DNA of 64,000 bases from assembly GCA_963753435.1 (NCBI GenBank), contig CAVWCF010000001.1, positions 736,001 through 800,000 on the forward strand, given 5' to 3'. Origin of the DNA: an uncultured Actinomycetota bacterium. Its GTDB lineage: Bacteria; Actinomycetota; Actinomycetes; CAVWCF01. The notes beneath the pieces were generated by a model. The model ran no database searches. It saw nothing but the letters and a program-made list of their open reading frames with translations, and was not told the origin of the DNA. A program made the translations under genes and the position numbers. Shown piece after piece: positions 30,470 to 41,026 of this stretch. Position 1 is the stretch's first letter; every line of letters begins with the position of its first letter.

Positions 30470-32740
30470 CTAGCCGGCACGGGCAGCGGTCAGGTTGAGG
30501 TCGCCGTTCGCCGCTGTGATCACCAGCGCGCCGTGGCGGTCAGTTCGCCCCACGGTCACACCTGCCGCCGCAAGCGACCGGACGACTTCGGGGTCAGGGT
30601 GGGCGTATCGGTTCTCGACGCCCACACCGATCAGCGCTACCTCGGGGGTCGCGGCCGCGAGCAGCCCGGGGTCCTGGTCGGCGGAGCCGTGATGCGGCAC
30701 CTTGAGAATGTCCACGTCCAGCGCGGCCCCGCCCGCCAGTAGCGCCCGCTGTGCCTCCGCTTCGATGTCTCCGGTCAGCAGCGCGGTGTAGGTCGGTGCC
30801 TGCACTCGCAGCACCACGCTGGCCTGGTTCGGCATCGACCCCTCCCGGATGATCCGCCCCGGCCACAGCACCTCGGCCGACACCTCGCCCAACTGCCAAC
30901 GCTGACCGACCACGGCGGTGTGGACCGGCACGGCGTGGCGCGCCAGCTGCGCCTGAACGTCATCGGCGGCGTCCTCCGGGTCGGCCAACGGCGAGACGAC
31001 CGCCGCCGCAACCGGGCGATTGCCCAGCAGCCCGGCTAGGCCCCCGACGTGGTCCTCATGGAAGTGCGTCAGCACCAACAGCGACACCTCGTTGACCCGA
31101 AGGTCGTCCAGGCACCGATCCAGGGCCACCGGGTCCGGTCCGGTGTCGACGACCAATGCCGAACCGGCACCGGCGGAAACCACGACCGCATCGCCCTGAC
31201 CAACGTCACACATGACCATCACCCAGCCGGTGGGCGGTGCGCCGTGGCCCACCGTTGCGAAAGCCACTGCCAGCGCGACGCCCAGCGCCCACCACCGCAG
31301 CGGTCGCACGATCCGGCGGGTCAGCCAGAACCCGACCACCACCAGAGCGAGCGAGAGGAGGAGGGTGAGTTCACCGCCCGGGACAGTGACCACTGCGGCG
31401 TCGAAGCCGGCCGCAGTGCGGGCCACCCAACCGATCCAATTCCCAGCCAGTCCGGCGACGTTGGCGACCAGGGCCGCTAGCGGTGGGGAAACCGGCGCTA
31501 CCACCGTCGCCAGCACCCCCAGCAGAGTGGCCGGCGCCACCGCGGGTGCAGCCGCCAGGTTCGCGGCAACCGCGACCAGAGAAATCTGCGGCTGGATCAG
31601 CAACAGCAGTGGGAGCACGGCCGCCTGCGCCGCACCAGCGGCGGCGAAGGCAACAACTAGCCATCGCCGCGATCCAGCGGCAATCCACCGAGCCGGCACC
31701 ATTAGGGCGGCGGTGGCCACGACGGACAGGGCGAAACCGAGACTGCGACTGAGCCACGGGTCGGCCAGGAGCAGCAGGCATACCGCTGCCCCCAGCACGT
31801 TGACCCCACCGGTACGCCCCGACCGGGTGATGGCCGCCAAGCCGAGCAACCCCATCACCGAGGCCCGCAGGACGCTGGGCTCCGGGCGCGCCAACAGCCC
31901 GAAGCCGATCACCCCCAGCACACCAACGGCGGTCGACAAGCCGGGTCTGACGCGCAGCAGGCGCGCCACCAGCAGCAGACCCAGGAGGACGATCGACACG
32001 TTCGCACCGGATACCGCGGTCAAGTGGGCCAGCCCGGAGTCGCGCAGGTCGGCCACCAGCAATGGCGACAGCCTGCGCGTATCCCCGACGACGAGGCTGG
32101 GTATCAACTCCCGCGCCGGCCCAGTCAGATGCTCGGTTGCGTCCCGTAGGCCGGAGCGCAGGTGCCCCGCCGCTCGCTGGTAGCCCGGGGGTGGACGAAT
32201 CTGCACCGGTTCGCCGCGCACCGAGATGACCGCCGCAACGGGACCGGTCCGGTCCGAGGCCGTCAGGCGACCGCTGGCCCGCACCTGGCTGCCCAGCGCA
32301 ACGTCGGCCCAGGAGTCGTCCGCCAGCACCAGCGCCGGAAGTCGCGACCCGGTCTGGGTGCCAGTACCAGCACCCGCAGTCGGACCGACGGCGTCCAGCC
32401 GCACTGGGATCACCCAGCCGGTCCCGGAGCGGGTGGGCCGTGGGTCGGCCACGACAGTCGCGCTCGCGGTGACGCTGTGACCGATCCAGTCCTGCGCCGG
32501 GTCGATCGCCACCGCCCACATCCGCAGCGTCAGGATGCCCAGCCCGGCGACCACGAAAGCCGCCACGATCGCCAACTTGTGCCAGTGCTTGGCGACTGCG
32601 GCCAGCCCGACCGCGGCGGCCAGCACGGCTGCCGCCAGCACCATGGCCGGGCTGCCGGCGGTGAGCAGCAGCGCCGCCCAGAGCGCGACCGCGGCGGCGG
32701 TGAACGGGCTGATCCGGTCCGGGCTGCGCCGCTCACCCAA
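30470..32740 (-). CDS. comEC: Competence protein ComEC/Rec2
   Basis: GLAHLTAVSGAN, PSVLRA, GFALSV, DVGQGD, LTHFHEDH, LTGDIE, KVPHHGS; start uncertain (TTG 32740 assumed). Confidence 0.93.
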   Translation of the reverse strand: MGERRSPDRISPFTAAAVALWAALLLTAGSPAMVLAAAVLAAAVGLAAVAKHWHKLAIVAAFVVAGLGILTLRMWAVAIDPAQDWIGHSVTASATVVADPRPTRSGTGWVIPVRLDAVGPTAGAGTGTQTGSRLPALVLADDSWADVALGSQVRASGRLTASDRTGPVAAVISVRGEPVQIRPPPGYQRAAGHLRSGLRDATEHLTGPARELIPSLVVGDTRRLSPLLVADLRDSGLAHLTAVSGANVSIVLLGLLLVARLLRVRPGLSTAVGVLGVIGFGLLARPEPSVLRASVMGLLGLAAITRSGRTGGVNVLGAAVCLLLLADPWLSRSLGFALSVVATAALMVPARWIAAGSRRWLVVAFAAAGAAQAAVLPLLLLIQPQISLVAVAANLAAAPAVAPATLLGVLATVVAPVSPPLAALVANVAGLAGNWIGWVARTAAGFDAAVVTVPGGELTLLLSLALVVVGFWLTRRIVRPLRWWALGVALAVAFATVGHGAPPTGWVMVMCDVGQGDAVVVSAGAGSALVVDTGPDPVALDRCLDDLRVNEVSLLVLTHFHEDHVGGLAGLLGNRPVAAAVVSPLADPEDAADDVQAQLARHAVPVHTAVVGQRWQLGEVSAEVLWPGRIIREGSMPNQASVVLRVQAPTYTALLTGDIEAEAQRALLAGGAALDVDILKVPHHGSADQDPGLLAAATPEVALIGVGVENRYAHPDPEVVRSLAAAGVTVGRTDRHGALVITAANGDLNLTAARAG

Positions 32741-33434
32741 CGCGAACGAGGTCACGCAGGTCCGCGAGTCGGGATTCGCCGATGCCGGACACCTCGCCAA
32801 GGTCTTCGACGGACCGGAACGGTCCGTTCCTGGTCCGCCAGTCCACGATGCGGCCAGCCAGTACGGGCCCGACGCCGGGGAGCTCCTGCAGCAGGTCGGC
32901 GTCGGCAGTGTTGAGGTTGATGACCGCGCCGCCGCCCGAGGCTTCACCGCCACCCGAAGCTGCGCTGGCACCCGGCGTCGCTGCGCTCACCCCGTCGACG
33001 GCAGCAGCGCCGGCGACGATCTGCTCCCCATCGACGACGGGTCTGGCCAGGTTCAGCGATTCGGCATCGCTGGCGCGGACCAGGCCACCGGCCGCGGAGA
33101 TCGCATCCAGCACCCTGGCGCCCGGCGAGAGCCGGACCAACCCGGGTCGCCGAACCGAACCGCTGACGTGGACCACCACTTCACCAGCAGTAGGCACCGG
33201 CTGGTTGCCCGGTTCGGTGGCAGCGGTAGTGGTAGTGGTCACGGCCGGACCCGAAGGCAGGTCAGGTGGGGCGACCACGCCGCCGGGTGACCTGGTGAAC
33301 CAGATCGCGAGCACGACGGCCAGCCCGATAACAGCCACGGCTACGCGCTTGACGGTCCGCTGATTCGGCGGGGCCAGCGCTTGCGCCCTTTCCCGGACCT
33401 GCTCAAAGAGTTGGTCGTGGACGGACTGCGGCAC
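32733..33434 (-). CDS. comEA: ComEA DNA-binding protein (SLBB + HhH)
   Basis: VVVHVSGSVRRPG, INLNTA, LPGVGPVLA, EVSGIG. Confidence 0.95.
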   Translation of the reverse strand: MPQSVHDQLFEQVRERAQALAPPNQRTVKRVAVAVIGLAVVLAIWFTRSPGGVVAPPDLPSGPAVTTTTTAATEPGNQPVPTAGEVVVHVSGSVRRPGLVRLSPGARVLDAISAAGGLVRASDAESLNLARPVVDGEQIVAGAAAVDGVSAATPGASAASGGGEASGGGAVINLNTADADLLQELPGVGPVLAGRIVDWRTRNGPFRSVEDLGEVSGIGESRLADLRDLVRVG

Positions 33435-33502
33435 ACGCGAACTTTGCGCCGCGTCCTGCCACTGTCCATTGGCGTCAGGGGCAGCGGTGGATCACTAGCC
33501 GG

Positions 33503-34348
33503 TCAGGACGGCTGTGGACCGGGGCTGACCACCACCGCGACCATCCCCGGCCCTACGTGGGCCCCGACCACGGCGCCGATCTCGGTGACCGGAACGTCGG
33601 CCCCGGTGCGGTCGTGCAGTCGGGTAGCCAACTGCTGCGCCCGGTCGGCGGCATCCAGGTGATGCACCGCCACGCGCGCCGGGCGTCCGCCGACACCGGT
33701 GACGGCCAGTTCCTCCAGGCGGTTCATCGCCCGCCCGAGTGTGCGCACCTTCTCCAGCGGCTCCACGACACCGTCGACCAGATGCAGGATCGGCTTGATC
33801 GACAAGGCCCCGCCGACGAAGGCCGCCGCCGGACCGATGCGACCACCGCGGCGCAGATACTCAAGCGTGCTGACCACGAACAGCACCTGGGAACCGGCGC
33901 ACACCTGCTCTGCAGCAACGGCGGCCTCCTCAACAGTCGCCCCAGCGGCTGCGGCTTCGGCCGCCGCGGCGGCGGCGTACCCCAGCACCATCCCGATCGA
34001 GCCGGAATCCACGCACCGCACCGGGATGTCGGCGTCCTTGGCCGCCAATTGCGCCGACTCGAACGTCCCCGACAGCGCCGAGGACAGGTGGATCGACACC
34101 ACCGCATCCGCGCCGGCGTCGCGCGCGGCGTCGTAGGCCGCCAGCATCAGGCTCGGTGACGGCCGGGCGGTGGTCACCGGTTCCCAGTTCCGCAACGCCC
34201 TGGTCAGTTCGGACGGATCGCTGGCGGTCTCGTCGGTGGCCACTCCCCCAATGACCACCTGCACCGGCACGACCCGGATGCCGTAACGCTCGGCGAACCC
34301 GGCAGGCAAGTACGCCGTGGAGTCGACGACGAGGGCGAGTCCGGCCAT
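33503..34348 (-). CDS. DegV family fatty-acid-binding protein
   Basis: VVDSTA, LSSALSGT, LRRGGRIG, KPIL, AHVGPG. Confidence 0.95.
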   Translation of the reverse strand: MAGLALVVDSTAYLPAGFAERYGIRVVPVQVVIGGVATDETASDPSELTRALRNWEPVTTARPSPSLMLAAYDAARDAGADAVVSIHLSSALSGTFESAQLAAKDADIPVRCVDSGSIGMVLGYAAAAAAEAAAAGATVEEAAVAAEQVCAGSQVLFVVSTLEYLRRGGRIGPAAAFVGGALSIKPILHLVDGVVEPLEKVRTLGRAMNRLEELAVTGVGGRPARVAVHHLDAADRAQQLATRLHDRTGADVPVTEIGAVVGAHVGPGMVAVVVSPGPQPS

Positions 34349-34402
34349 GCGCTTCAGGCTAGCCGCGAAGCCGAAGTCGCAGGCCGATTCGCGCCGCGCC
34401 GG

Positions 34403-36874
34403 TCAAGCCGGGACGACGTTGACCAGCCTCGGCGCGCGCACGATGACGGTGCGTACCCCCCGGCCGTCCAAGGCCTTGAGCACGGAGTCGCTGGCCAGGG
34501 CCAGTTCACGCAAGTCGTCCTCGGTGATGTCCGGGGACACCTCCAAGCGATCGCGCACCTTGCCAGCGACCTGGACCACGCAGGTGACGGCGTCGGCCAC
34601 CAGCAGTGCTTCGTCGACAGCGGGCCAGCCGGCGCGGGCCACCGTCGGCTCATGGCCGAGCCGGTGCCACATGTCCTCGGCTGTGTACGGGGCGACCAGC
34701 GAGAGCATCACGGCGATCGCCTCGGTCGCCTCGCGCACGGCCGGATCCGCGCCGCCCACGCCGCCGTCGATCGCCTTGCGGGTCACGTTGACCAACTCCA
34801 TGACGCGGGCCACGGCCACGTTGAAGCGATGCGCCTCCACCAGGCGGCCCACTTCGTCGATCGTGCGGGCGGTGGCCTTGCGCAGGGCCAGATCGCCGGT
34901 GGCTGGATCTGTGCCGACCGGCGCGGTCACGTCCCCGGACAACCGCCAGGCCCGCGCCAGGAACTTGCCCATTGCCGCCGCGGAAACGTCGGCCCAGTCG
35001 ATGTCGTCCTCCGGCGGACCGGCGAACACCATGGCAACGCGGATGGCGTCGACGCCGTGCTCGGACAGTTCGTCGGACAGTCGGACCAGGTTTCCGCGCG
35101 ACTTGCTCATCGCCGACCCGTCCATCTGAACCATGCCCTGGTTCAACAACCGCGTGAACGGCTCGGTGAAATCGACCATGCCCAGGTCGTGCAGAACCTT
35201 GGTGAAGAACCGGCTGTACAGCAGGTGCAGGATCGCGTGGGTCACGCCGCCGACGTACTGGTCGACGGGCATCCAACGTTGCGCCGCGGCCGGGTCGAAC
35301 GGCCCGTCGGTCTTGTTCGGGTCCAGGTAGCGCAGGAAGTACCACGACGAGTCGACGAACGTGTCCATCGTGTCGGTGTCGCGGGTGGCCGCCCCACCAC
35401 AGTTCGGGCACGAGACGTTGACCCAGTCCGCGGCCCCACCCAGCGGCGATGTGCCCTTGGGCTTGAGGTCCAGACCTTCCGCCGACGGCAGGGTCACCGG
35501 CAATTGCACTTCCGGGACCGGCACCTCGCCACAGTCGGCGCAGTGCACGATCGGGATGGGCGTGCCCCAGTACCGCTGCCTGGAGATCAGCCAGTCCCGC
35601 AGTCGGTAGTTGACCGCCGACTGGCCATGCCCGTTCTCGCCAAGCAACTCGATGATGCGCTTGATCGCCGCTTCTTTGGCGAGCCCGTCCAGAGGTCCGG
35701 AGTTGACGATGACGCCGTCGCCGGTCGTCGCCACCCCGGTGCTGCCCGGGTCCTCTGCGCCGGTGTCCACGACCACGCGAACCGGCAGGTCGAACGCACG
35801 CGCGAAGTCCAGGTCACGCTGGTCGTGCGCGGGTACCGCCATGATCGCGCCGTGGCCGTAGTCGGCCAGCACGTAGTCGGCCGCGTAGATAGGCAGCCGC
35901 TCGCCGTTGACCGGGTTGATCGCGTACCGCTGCAGGAACACCCCGGTCTTGTCGCGTTCGGTGGACAAGCGGTCCACGTCGGAGGTCTGCCGCACCTTCT
36001 CCAGGTAAGCGGCGAACTGCTCTACGACCTCCGGGGGTGACCCTTCGGCCAGTTCGGCAGCCAAGTCGGAGTCGGCCGCCACCACGAAGAAGGTCGCCCC
36101 GAAGAGCGTGTCCGGGCGGGTGGTGTAGATGGTCACCGGTTCCGCGCGGCCCTCGATCTCGAACAGCACGTCGGCACCGGTCGACCGGCCGATCCAGTTG
36201 CGCTGCATCAGCAGCACCTTCTCCGGCCAGTGGCCCTCCAACTCGGCCATGTCGTCCAACAACCGGTCGGCGTATTCGGTGATCCGGAAGTACCACTGGG
36301 TGAGCTTCTTCTTGGTGACCAGGCTGTCGCAGCGTTCGCAGCGACCGCCCACGACCTGCTCGTTGGCAAGCACGGTCTGGTCGGTGGGGCACCAGTTCAC
36401 CTGCGACGGCTTGCGGTAGGCCAGCCCGCGTTCGTACATGCGCAGGAACAGCCACTGGTTCCAGCGGTAGAACTCCGGGTCGCAGGTGTTCAGTACCCGG
36501 TCCCAGTCGAAGGAACACGCGTACCGCCGCATGGAAGCCTTCTGCGTTGCGATGTTCTCGTACGTCCAGGCGGCCGGGTCCACCCCGCGCTTGATGGCGG
36601 CGTTCTCCGCGGGCAGACCGAAGGCGTCCCAGCCGATCGGGTGCAGCACGTTGAAACCGCGCTGGACCCAGTACCGGGCGATTACGTCGCCGAGCGCGTA
36701 GGCCTCGGCGTGACCCATGTGCAGGTCACCGGACGGGTACGGGAACATGTCCAGTACGTACTTGCCCGGACGGTCATCGGCGGGGTCGCCGGAGCGGAAT
36801 GGCGCTAACTCGTCCCACACCGGCAGCCAGGTGTCCTGGATGGCGTGGGGGTCGAATCGTCGGTCATCGCTCAT
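34403..36874 (-). CDS. leuS: Leucine--tRNA ligase
   Basis: [33 protein letters not shown] (KMSKS variant). Confidence 0.98.
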   Translation of the reverse strand: MSDDRRFDPHAIQDTWLPVWDELAPFRSGDPADDRPGKYVLDMFPYPSGDLHMGHAEAYALGDVIARYWVQRGFNVLHPIGWDAFGLPAENAAIKRGVDPAAWTYENIATQKASMRRYACSFDWDRVLNTCDPEFYRWNQWLFLRMYERGLAYRKPSQVNWCPTDQTVLANEQVVGGRCERCDSLVTKKKLTQWYFRITEYADRLLDDMAELEGHWPEKVLLMQRNWIGRSTGADVLFEIEGRAEPVTIYTTRPDTLFGATFFVVAADSDLAAELAEGSPPEVVEQFAAYLEKVRQTSDVDRLSTERDKTGVFLQRYAINPVNGERLPIYAADYVLADYGHGAIMAVPAHDQRDLDFARAFDLPVRVVVDTGAEDPGSTGVATTGDGVIVNSGPLDGLAKEAAIKRIIELLGENGHGQSAVNYRLRDWLISRQRYWGTPIPIVHCADCGEVPVPEVQLPVTLPSAEGLDLKPKGTSPLGGAADWVNVSCPNCGGAATRDTDTMDTFVDSSWYFLRYLDPNKTDGPFDPAAAQRWMPVDQYVGGVTHAILHLLYSRFFTKVLHDLGMVDFTEPFTRLLNQGMVQMDGSAMSKSRGNLVRLSDELSEHGVDAIRVAMVFAGPPEDDIDWADVSAAAMGKFLARAWRLSGDVTAPVGTDPATGDLALRKATARTIDEVGRLVEAHRFNVAVARVMELVNVTRKAIDGGVGGADPAVREATEAIAVMLSLVAPYTAEDMWHRLGHEPTVARAGWPAVDEALLVADAVTCVVQVAGKVRDRLEVSPDITEDDLRELALASDSVLKALDGRGVRTVIVRAPRLVNVVPA

Positions 36875-36898
36875 GGGCCGACGAAGGGTACTCCAGGC

Positions 36899-37735
36899 CT
36901 AGTCGGCGGTATCGCTCGCAGCGACTCGGCGCAGCAGGGCCCGGCGCCGGTACATGGCTGCATCCGCCGCCTGGACCAGCGACTCCAACGACTCCTGCTC
37001 CCATGGCGGAGACAATGCGCCGCCTACGGTCACCGCCGCGTCCCACAGGCCCGAGTCGACGGGGGGTACCCGGCGGATGTGTTCGGCAACTCGTCGTTCC
37101 AGGTCCAGCGGTGCGGTGCCGGTGCCTGGACCGACCACCACGAACTCATCACCGCCCATGCGCGCCACGACGTCGGTGCCTCGGGTCACCTCCTGCAGCG
37201 CATCCGCAACAGCCACCAGGACCTCGTCGCCGGCGGTATGACCGGCTTGGTCGTTGACGGCCTTCAGTCGGTCGACGTCGAGAAACAGGCAGTGCACGGC
37301 GTCCCCACCGCGGCGAGCCGACTCCACCATGGGCCCGGCGCGCATCACCAGACCGGCCCGGTTGGCCAGTCCAGTCAGCGGATCAGTCACAGCCAGCGCC
37401 CGTGCTTCGGCTACCGCGGCGGCCAACTTCGCCGCGGTGGATCTGCGGGCTCGGTAGACGAGCAGCCCGGTCCCGGTGGCCGCCAACATGGCAATCACCC
37501 AGACGGCCCAGCCGTCAGCTATGGCACCGACCCAGGCGGCACCGATCAGCCAGGCGGCCCAAAGCCAAACCAGCAGCAGCCCCGCTGCGCGCAGCGGCGC
37601 CACGAAGGCGGCGACCGAAACGAGCAGCAGGACGAAACCAACGGTTGCGATCGGCGCAGCGGCCAGACCCATCCAGACTGCGAGCCCGACCGCGGCGGTA
37701 CCGATACCGACGGCACTCAGAGCAGGTCGGTCCAC
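36899..37735 (-). CDS. Membrane-anchored diguanylate cyclase (GGDEF)
   Basis: About four N-terminal TMs, TDPLTGLANR, LDVDRLKAVND, RGTD I-site, RMGGDEF, ADAAMY; start taken at GTG 37735. Confidence 0.92.
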   Translation of the reverse strand: MDRPALSAVGIGTAAVGLAVWMGLAAAPIATVGFVLLLVSVAAFVAPLRAAGLLLVWLWAAWLIGAAWVGAIADGWAVWVIAMLAATGTGLLVYRARRSTAAKLAAAVAEARALAVTDPLTGLANRAGLVMRAGPMVESARRGGDAVHCLFLDVDRLKAVNDQAGHTAGDEVLVAVADALQEVTRGTDVVARMGGDEFVVVGPGTGTAPLDLERRVAEHIRRVPPVDSGLWDAAVTVGGALSPPWEQESLESLVQAADAAMYRRRALLRRVAASDTAD

Positions 37736-37742
37736 ACATCGG

Positions 37743-37770
37743 GCTTCGGCTGGCGGAAGCGGGAACTTGA
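37743..37770 (-). promoter_or_regulatory. Putative sigma-28 (FliA/WhiG)-type promoter for the GGDEF gene
   Basis: Minus strand TCAA-N16-GCCGAAGC immediately upstream of the start codon. Confidence 0.55.
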
Positions 37771-37791
37771 TGCCTGCAATTGACTTGAACT

Positions 37792-37867
37792 TGGTGGAGC
37801 TAAGGGGACTCGAACCCCTGACCTTCTGCATGCCATGCAGACGCGCTACCAGCTGCGCCATAGCCCC
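37792..37867 (-). tRNA. tRNA-Ala(GGC)
   Basis: GGGGCTATGGCGCAGCTGGTAGCGCG-TCTGC-AT-GGC-AT-GCAGA...GGTTCGAGTCCCCTTAGCTCCACCA; G3:U70 pair, encoded CCA. Confidence 0.97.
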
Positions 37868-37898
37868 AAGTGGTTGCCGAAGTGTACCCGCACACCGG

Positions 37899-38543
37899 TC
37901 AGCGATCGTCGCCGATCACCGGCTCGGGCAGGCTCCCGGCGTTGTGTTCGGTCAGCCGCCAACCGAACGGCGATGCCGGCGTCTCCTCCAGTACTGACCA
38001 GTTGCAGTTGGCCAGACCACCCAAGGCACCCCAAGCGGCCAGCGGCAGGCCCAGGAAACGCCCCAGCACCGCGCGGGCCGCACCACCGTGCGTGACCGCG
38101 ACGAGCACACCACCGGCCGGAATCTCGGTCAGGGCTTCGGTCAGCCCCGCCTCCATGCGATCGGCCACCTGCGAACGGGTCTCCGCGCCACCGGCGGCCA
38201 GATCGGATCCGGCCCGCCAGGCCGCGAACGCCTCGCCATCAGCAGCCAGGATCTCCGTGTCCAGCCGACCCTCCCACGCGCCGCCATGGGTCTCCCGCAG
38301 GCGGGCGTCGGTGTGCACCGGCAGTCCGGTGATCCGCGCCAACGGCTCAGCCGTGAGCCGGGCCCGGGACAGGTCACTGGCAGCGATGCGAGACGGCGGG
38401 AAACCGGCAAGAAGTCGGGCCGCATGCTCGGCCTGCTCCAAGCCGACGTCGTCCAGCGGCACGTCCTGGTGGCCCTGAAAGCGGTTGATGGCGTTCCAAG
38501 CGGTTCGGCCGTGCCGGACCAGAACGATGCGCCGCTGGTTCAT
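37899..38543 (-). CDS. Histidine phosphatase (phosphoglycerate mutase family)
   Basis: VRHGRT, SDLSRA, LRETHGGAWEG, VTHGG. Confidence 0.93.
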   Translation of the reverse strand: MNQRRIVLVRHGRTAWNAINRFQGHQDVPLDDVGLEQAEHAARLLAGFPPSRIAASDLSRARLTAEPLARITGLPVHTDARLRETHGGAWEGRLDTEILAADGEAFAAWRAGSDLAAGGAETRSQVADRMEAGLTEALTEIPAGGVLVAVTHGGAARAVLGRFLGLPLAAWGALGGLANCNWSVLEETPASPFGWRLTEHNAGSLPEPVIGDDR

Positions 38544-38932
38544 GCGCCGGCCTTGGCTGCCCCCGGACCATCAAGGTCCGGTAGCTCCACCAACGGGCAG
38601 TCCTTCCAAAGGCGCTCCAGCGCGTAGAAACCCCGGTCCTCCTCGTGCATGGCGTGCACCACGACGTCACCGAAGTCCAGCAGCACCCAACGACCTTCTT
38701 TGGCGCCTTCGCGGCGCCGCGGCTTGGCCTGGTGTTCCTTGCGGGCCCGATCCTCGATCTCGTCCACGATGGCCAGCACCTGGCGCTCGTTAGGGGCGGA
38801 GCAGAGCAGGAAGACGTCGGTAATCACCAACTGCTCGCTTACATCAACCGCGAGCACGTCAACGGCCTTCTTGTCCGATGCGGCCAGGGCGGCGGTGCGC
38901 GCCAGCGCCACCGCTTCCGCAGTTGCCGTCAT
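38540..38932 (-). CDS. rsfS: Ribosome silencing factor RsfS
   Basis: DKKA, RWVLLDFGDVVVH, FYALERLW. Confidence 0.97.
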   Translation of the reverse strand: MTATAEAVALARTAALAASDKKAVDVLAVDVSEQLVITDVFLLCSAPNERQVLAIVDEIEDRARKEHQAKPRRREGAKEGRWVLLDFGDVVVHAMHEEDRGFYALERLWKDCPLVELPDLDGPGAAKAGA

Positions 38933-39026
38933 CGATTCCTCCTGAGCACGACGCCGTTCAGGCGCAGGCGCTCATTTTCGCATGCGGCCGCGGCCGCAAG
39001 TGACGCCGTCAGTTCCCGGACGCGGC

Positions 39027-40211
39027 TCAGGGCGCGTAGTCGGCGCCCAGAACCACGACGACATCGGCAAGGGTCTGCCCCTGTGGCGTCTGTTGAACTG
39101 CGGTCTCGGGCAGGCCTAGGGCGCGAGCCACCTGGACGCCGGAATCGACGGCATCGCCGGTCACCAGGACGACCGACTCGTCGTAACCGAACCCGGTCGC
39201 ATTGCCGCCATTGACGTACTCCAGCCCGGCAGCGACCAGCTTGCTGCGGGCCCCGTCACCCAGGCCCGGAGTACCTACGCCGTTTCGCACCAACACGCGG
39301 ATGCTGCTTCCCTGCGCGCCGTCGCGGGCAACACCGGCCAGCAGCCCGTCCAACAGCGATTGGGCGGCGGTGCGGTCCAGGGTGACCGCGGGAGTGGCCC
39401 CACCGGCGTCGAGCGGCCGCAACGGCAAAGTCTGGAACGGCAACGGATCGCTGGCCGCGGCCAGTTCCAGCAGCGCGGCGAGATCCGGCACGGCCAGGTC
39501 GGTTCGTGAGCCGGCGCCAAGCCCGGCGAGAGTGGTTTCGGTGTCCGCGCTCAGGCCCGCGATGATGCCCTTGAGCACCGGCTGCAACGCGGCAGCGCTG
39601 GCCTCAGGGGTGCGGACGTCTTCGGCCTTCAGGCCGCTGAGGGAGGCGGTTGCGTCCGCGCCGGAGCGTTGCAGGAGCGCCGTGGCCGCTTCCTCGGTCA
39701 CGCGCCACGTCCCGGCGACATTGATACGCAGTGCATCGGCGATGGCCGCCGCCTGCGCCCCGGCTCCGGGAGCTTGCCCGGACTTGGCGAAAGTGACCGA
39801 GCCAAAGCCGGCCACGTCAACAAGAAGGTCTGCTGGGATCAGCAGCACGGCGGTCCCACCTTGGCCGCCGCCGACCAGCAGCGCGCCCCCGATCGCGGTG
39901 TTGTCGGCCGAATCGATGCTCACGAGGACGGCTTGCCGGGGCAGTTGCGCACCCGCGGACGAATCGGCACCGCCGCCAAGAAGGATCCGGGCCGCCACGG
40001 CGACGACCACGACGGCGACAATCCCGGCCGCGACCCACCGCCAGCGCTGCGGCAACTGCGGCATCTCGGGCAACCGGGGCCGGCTGACATGGCGGGCCGG
40101 TACCACGGCGCGGGGGGCTCGGGGGCGCTCAGGTGCCAGCGTGCCGGAGCCGGCGGGCGCAGAATGGGCCGACGGCAGCGGATCGATTCCCTTACGGCGT
40201 TTGCCGGCCAT
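39027..40211 (-). CDS. Membrane protein with degenerate LCP-like region and LytR C-terminal domain
   Basis: Single TM; C-terminal VLVRNGVGTPGLG...ADVVVVLGADY; conserved position between nadD and rsfS. Confidence 0.8.
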   Translation of the reverse strand: MAGKRRKGIDPLPSAHSAPAGSGTLAPERPRAPRAVVPARHVSRPRLPEMPQLPQRWRWVAAGIVAVVVVAVAARILLGGGADSSAGAQLPRQAVLVSIDSADNTAIGGALLVGGGQGGTAVLLIPADLLVDVAGFGSVTFAKSGQAPGAGAQAAAIADALRINVAGTWRVTEEAATALLQRSGADATASLSGLKAEDVRTPEASAAALQPVLKGIIAGLSADTETTLAGLGAGSRTDLAVPDLAALLELAAASDPLPFQTLPLRPLDAGGATPAVTLDRTAAQSLLDGLLAGVARDGAQGSSIRVLVRNGVGTPGLGDGARSKLVAAGLEYVNGGNATGFGYDESVVLVTGDAVDSGVQVARALGLPETAVQQTPQGQTLADVVVVLGADYAP

Positions 40212-40219
40212 TTACTCCC

Positions 40220-40807
40220 CTACCGATACAGCCCGCGCTTGTCTATGTACTGCATGACCCCATCGGTCACCAGGTACCTAATCGGCAGGTTTGCGGCCAC
40301 ACGTGAGCGGCAATCGGTGGATGAGATCGCCAAGGCCGGGATCTCCACCAGGCTGACCGATCCGGACGGCAGCCCCGGGTCCGCCAGTCGGTGCCCCGGT
40401 CGGGTCACACCGATGAAGTGAGCCATGCTCACCAACTCGTCGGAGCGTTGCCACGACAGGATCTGCGCCAGGGCATCGGCGCCGGTGATGAAGAACAGCT
40501 CCGCGTCCGCACCGAACTCCGCGCGCAGGTCAACAAGGGTGTCGGCGGTGTAGGTCTCCCCGGGCCGGTCCACGTCCACTCGGGACACGCTGAACCGCGA
40601 ATCTGCGGCGGTGGCGATGACACACATCAGGTAGCGGTCCTCGGCCGCGGACACGTGGCGTTCCTGCTTCTGCCACGGACGACCGGTAGGTACGAACACG
40701 ACCTGGTCCAGGTTGAACTCCTGAGCCACCTCGCTGGCGGCGACGAGGTGACCCAGGTGGATGGGGTCGAAGGTGCCGCCCATCACCCCTACGCGGGCTG
40801 GCGGCAC
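40220..40807 (-). CDS. nadD: Nicotinate-nucleotide adenylyltransferase
   Basis: [24 protein letters not shown]. Confidence 0.97.
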   Translation of the reverse strand: MPPARVGVMGGTFDPIHLGHLVAASEVAQEFNLDQVVFVPTGRPWQKQERHVSAAEDRYLMCVIATAADSRFSVSRVDVDRPGETYTADTLVDLRAEFGADAELFFITGADALAQILSWQRSDELVSMAHFIGVTRPGHRLADPGLPSGSVSLVEIPALAISSTDCRSRVAANLPIRYLVTDGVMQYIDKRGLYR

Positions 40808-40810
40808 GGG

Positions 40811-40954
40811 TCAGCGATCGGGGTTGAAACGCGTGACGACGTACAGGGCGATCGCCAGGACCGCGAAGCCACCGACCCCGAACAGCCAGGCTGGGGCCCC
40901 CGAACTCTCCGCCTCCGCGGCCTCCGAGAGCGCAAGCAGCGCCAATCCACTCAT
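40811..40954 (-). CDS. Small membrane protein (47 aa)
   Basis: GGAGG upstream; single TM ending TRFNPDR; directly upstream of nadD. Confidence 0.7.
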   Translation of the reverse strand: MSGLALLALSEAAEAESSGAPAWLFGVGGFAVLAIALYVVTRFNPDR

Positions 40955-41026
40955 CGACTCACCACCTCCGCGATGGCCCCCGTCGGCCGGGCGACCGGGA
41001 CGCACACTATCGGGCAGGATCGGCGC

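Noticed and set aside
32530-32736. Possible frameshift at the comEC start (out-of-frame GTG at 32736)
   Set aside because: An in-frame TTG at 32740 gives a plausible full-length ComEC.
37736-37861. N-terminal extension of the GGDEF ORF (MAQLVARLHG...)
   Set aside because: It is a translation of the tRNA-Ala gene.
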